Source of the DNA: Eledone cirrhosa
Taxonomy: Eukaryota
Length of the DNA stretch: 64,000 nt
NCBI GenBank assembly: GCA_964016885.1
Contig: OZ024742.1
Location: forward strand, 332,754,001 to 332,818,000
Direction of reading: 5' to 3'
This document shows positions 60,005 to 64,000 of this stretch, piece after piece (within the stretch, counting starts at the first letter, position 1; the number at the start of each line of letters is the position of its first letter). The notes beneath the pieces were generated by a model. That model saw only the letters and a list, made by a program, of their open reading frames with translations, ran no database searches and had not been told where the DNA came from. Made by a program: the position numbers and the translations under genes.

Positions 60005-60635
60005 ATTATCAACGTTTAACGTCCATCTTCCACGCTAGCATGGGTTGGACGATTTTGTTCCATTAGATGCGGGAATAGTCGGGAGACCATGTCTCGCTCG
60101 CACAGAAGCGTATCTAGCAGGTTTTTGTACAGCAACCGTATCTAGCAGGTTTTTGTACACCAACCACATTTACAGTGTGGACTGGGACCCTTTTCGCCGT
60201 GTCTCCTACACGGCCACCTTATAGTGTGGAATGTTGTGTCATAGACACAGTGGACGGAACGGGAGACGGAGAATAGGGTAGGGTGTGGCGGTGGGGTGTA
60301 CACTGATTTAAGATGTGCCTACTGACTAGATTTATATGCAATGGTAGTCGTGTGTTCTGTACAACTGCATGGCGCCAAAGGTCTCAATCCAGTGTCATTG
60401 TCTTAGAGAGGTGTAGGTGATGAAGGTCAGTATTTATCACCTCGTCCCATGTTTTTCTTGATCTCCCCTCTCCGCAGCTTCCATCAATTTTCATTGCCCT
60501 GCACCTTTTTATACAGCTGTCGTCCTTCATACGGATCACATGTCCATACCAACGCAATCTCCTCTCCAGAACATAACATTTGATATCTGTTATTCTTACT
60601 CTCCCTCTTAGTTCGTTTATGCTTTGCCTTTCGCT
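60005..60635 (-). mobile_element. RTE-clade LINE 3' end
   Basis: ERRLRWYGHVIRMKDDSCIKR..GEGRSRKTWDEVINTDL; 3' UTR ends ACCCATGCTAGCGTGGAAGATGGACGTTAAACG. Confidence 0.82.
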
Positions 60636-61341
60636 TGGCCCCGTAGTGAGAGCACTCAAATGGTATCTGAGAGATACGGAGTTCGATTCTTCGTAATGGC
60701 GGCTGTCACCATCTGTTTCCGTCTCTAACGGACTCGACCAGATTTTTGTAAGTTGTTTTATTGCAACAGACTGTAATTACAGTAGTTTTCTGCGGTGCAC
60801 TCGTGCGTAATACATCTTGTAAACAATGATTTAATTAATGCACCACTATTTCGCATATTAGAGCTTTACACACAATGATTGGCAACATTTTCAAAATCTA
60901 TTTTATTCAGTTCCTTAGTATAAATGGGAAGATGTCGGATTTCCCTTGGCTCAATGAGGAGATCATTCTCCAAGATAGCCGACTGAATACGCACGTGTGT
61001 TTCTTTCTCCGCCATTTTCCCCCCTCATGTTACTCCTTCCGTCCCCTTATCACGCTTTACTTTCAATCTATCTTCTATTTATAACAACTTCTGAAAAAGG
61101 ACAGAGTTGTGCCCCCTTGATCTGTACAGACCTTAAATTTTAAAAGAAAAGATGTTGGGAAAATAAAAATGAAACCACTTCCGGTCAGCATCGTATAGCA
61201 AACCACATCGGACACTGGAATATTTCCTTTATTTTCCAGGAAAGAAGCGATATTAATCTCGAAATATCAGGACATATGAGTAAATAAAAGTAAAAAACAC
61301 CTCTAGTTTCTGACGGCTTAATTAGTTTTCGTCCAATCCGC

Positions 61342-61368
61342 ATTGTCATGGATTTCAAACTTTGAATT

Positions 61369-61410
<42 letters not shown>

Positions 61411-61441
61411 CAAGAATTCGAAGTTTGAAATCCATGACAAT
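61342..61441. repeat. 30-bp inverted repeat around a (TA)n loop
   Basis: ATTGTCATGGATTTCAAACTTTGAATTCTT / AAGAATTCGAAGTTTGAAATCCATGACAAT, 1 mismatch. Confidence 0.9.
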
Positions 61442-62279
61442 ATATATATATATATGATATTAATTCAAAATATTAACAAAAATAGACATTCTTGTGATCA
61501 AGTGTATTTTATTATACATATTTCAGAGGTTCTGAGCTATCTTCAACAGTACGTCCTCATCAGATAAAATAAGATTCAGTCATGGTAGTGAATATGAGAT
61601 GACAAGACTCAATATTTATATACCTTAAGATTGAGACATGAAACAACTTACATATAATACAGAGGGTGCGTGTGAGAAAGCTTAAAAATACATAATAGCG
61701 ATTTAGATAACTGTTAGAGATTCAAATAATTTAAATTATTGAAGAAAGAAGAAAGAAAGAAGAAAGACAGGGAGAAACAGATGAGGAAACAATATAGTTA
61801 CTAGAAGTATAGAAAGCAAAAGAGAATTGATCAAGGATAGAGAGACAAAAGGGGAATACTTTTTATAGTATAAAGCATAAATAAATATACATTTGGGCAT
61901 AGCTTTGTGAATGAGTAAACTAGAATCTTTGAATTATCTAGAAGTATCCATCTATCTAGATATTAAATATACCCCGGTGTAATTATATGAGGGTTTAATT
62001 TCGAGTCCTCAATTAATATGAAATATACTAACAATTATTTATACACCATATATATCCAAACTTATTCGGCTGACCGTTAAATTTCAAATTCCTTATGTTA
62101 GTTCAGAATAATGGATTAAACTAAGGGTATAATATTTCAGGCTATAAAAGTTTATAAATGTCTATATTAATATTAAAGTATACTAACAGATTTAATTTAT
62201 AAAATCATATTTAAAGTATATTCAAACATGAGAAAGAAACTTAATATTTTCATCCACACGAAGGTAAACCATATTAAAT

Positions 62280-63050
62280 TATATTATCTTATATTATGTT
62301 CCCATACTAAAATAATTCTATTCTTTAAAGCTTTTAAAGCTATTCTTTAAAGCTTTAGATAAATGCTTCCCCATTCAACACAAATACCGGTCCATATTTA
62401 ACAGACACACAATTAAGCTTTTTTATTCTACAACTATAAATATGGCCCAGAATATCGCAAAAATAAATAGTAGAATTCTAAATCATAATCAACAAACAAT
62501 TAACGATAATAAATTTAATAACACTAGCAATATTAATACTAGGAATAGAATAACATTGATCTAAGCACAACCAATAGAACACTTCAAAGTACTAACAATG
62601 TGAATGTCATTTGTCCAATTTATAGTAATAACAATAAATCGAAATGTAATTGTAGAAATAGATCAAATTGTCCTCTGCAAAATAATTGTCTGGATAGTAA
62701 TCTGGTCTATAAATGCACCGTAAAAGCAAATAGCATCACATACAACTACATTGGTGCAACTTATCGACATTTAAATTAAGATTTGCGAATCATAAATACT
62801 CTTTTTCGTACCCTAATAGGAAATCTTCGACTTCTTTATCACAACTTATATGGTCGTTAAAAGACAAAAGTTTAAAATACTCGATTTCTTGGTCGAAGCT
62901 GTGTAATATTCGAATATACTCGAAACGTCAATATCATCTAACTGCAATCTCTGTACCATGGAGACCCTATTAATAATTACTAATTATGATAATTTAAATA
63001 ACAAAAAAAGTGAATTATTCTCAAATTGCCTTTATAAAGCTTCCTCTACA
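62280..63050 (+). pseudogene. Second Naiad-like PLE fragment (linker + GIY-YIG)
   Basis: LDKCFPIQHKYRSIFNRHTIKL, KCNCRNRSNCPLQNNCL, LVYKC..YIGAT, FKLRFANHKYSF, CNLCTME, NNKKSELFSNC. Confidence 0.85.
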
Positions 63051-64000
63051 TTCCAAGCCTCGCAAAATATATGGTAAAAACACTAAATAATTACGTTTTA
63101 ATTTTTGACGTCTTGTATCAGCTGAGTGCGTAAAATGTTATTTTAATCTCTTTTTTTTTTACTCATTTATGATATGATAATTGTTAGATTAAGGGTTCTA
63201 TATAAATATATTAACATATAGATTGTTAACACGATCTCTTGATGAATAGGCATATATTTTATTGTGTAGATACATCTAATTTGTTTGGGATTCTTGTATT
63301 TTCTTAAATATATAGATTATATGGTTGACAGTTGTAATGATACGTAAACAATTCATGCTTTTATGTATTTATTCTTTTGGAGTATATTAGTTTTAAGATT
63401 CAAGATGTTTGATTTATATATTCATATTTGTTTATATATATGTATGGTATATGCGTCGTACACGATGCAAGTCGACAAACCTTTTCCACTTAACTTGATG
63501 TTAAACTTCAATTATAACTTTACTAACAATGTTTTTATTATTTATTTATTATATGTATATGGATCACTAATATTGTCTTGAGTTCCGAACAGAATACTCT
63601 GTATGTGTTTGGACAAATGTGAATATCTGGTTTAATAACAGGCTTCTAGCTACATTTATATGTACTCTAGATACTTAAGGACATTCTAGTGTTATAATTC
63701 TTAAATATTTTCTAAATTATATAACGATTATTATTTTTTAATTTAATTAAATTCGGCTTACCTTCGAGTCGATGAAAATCTTAGGTTTTCTCTTTCTCAT
63801 GTTTGCAGACACTTTAAATATGATACTATACTACTATATAGATTCTTTAAAAAAATGTTCTTGTAGTTTAAATGATATAGCTTAAATATTTGGCACTTAT
63901 ATGATCGCAAACAATTTACTTATTTATTTTGAATCTGGTTCGTTTTCTTACGATTCATGAAATGTTTATAGTATATATGTATTACATGATCCTAAGATAC

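Noticed and set aside
60624-60700. tRNA-like stretch with GAGTTCGATTC
   Set aside because: The cloverleaf is poor; probably a SINE head or pseudogene rather than a tRNA gene.
61530-61570. Minus-strand CTGATGA-GGAC..GTT-GAAG
   Set aside because: GAAG instead of GAAA and a poor stem I; at best a decayed pLTR motif.

Overview
AT-rich, microsatellite-saturated eukaryotic DNA. The (TA)n/(CA)n/(GA)n density, tRNA-derived SINEs and Penelope-like elements (PLEs) point to a cephalopod, probably Octopus (inference). Almost all ORF-track entries are microsatellite or minisatellite artefacts. Supported content: an 8.3-kb 31-bp minisatellite with a ~2.85-kb higher-order duplication; PLEs of three types (Neptune-like, including one uninterrupted 740-codon RT+GIY-YIG frame at 48539-50761, plus Naiad-like and Penelope/Poseidon-like copies); RTE LINE 3' ends; SINEs; nested hAT-like and mariner-like DNA elements; a Chapaev3-like transposase relic; and three weak candidate host exons on the minus strand. 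The main observation is a dense set of type I hammerhead ribozyme (HHR) motifs folded by eye in several unrelated families, two with a U3-A8 covariant core. The best example is a very young non-coding insertion at 24575-27972: five near-identical 557-bp HHR-bearing units head-to-tail, preceded by exactly one inverted, circularly permuted unit, inside a duplicated (TA)n(GA)n(TA)n target. This looks like a retrozyme-like RNA copied from a circular or multimeric template by a PLE reverse transcriptase primed on both target strands (inference). All folds and family assignments were made by eye and none has been tested computationally.
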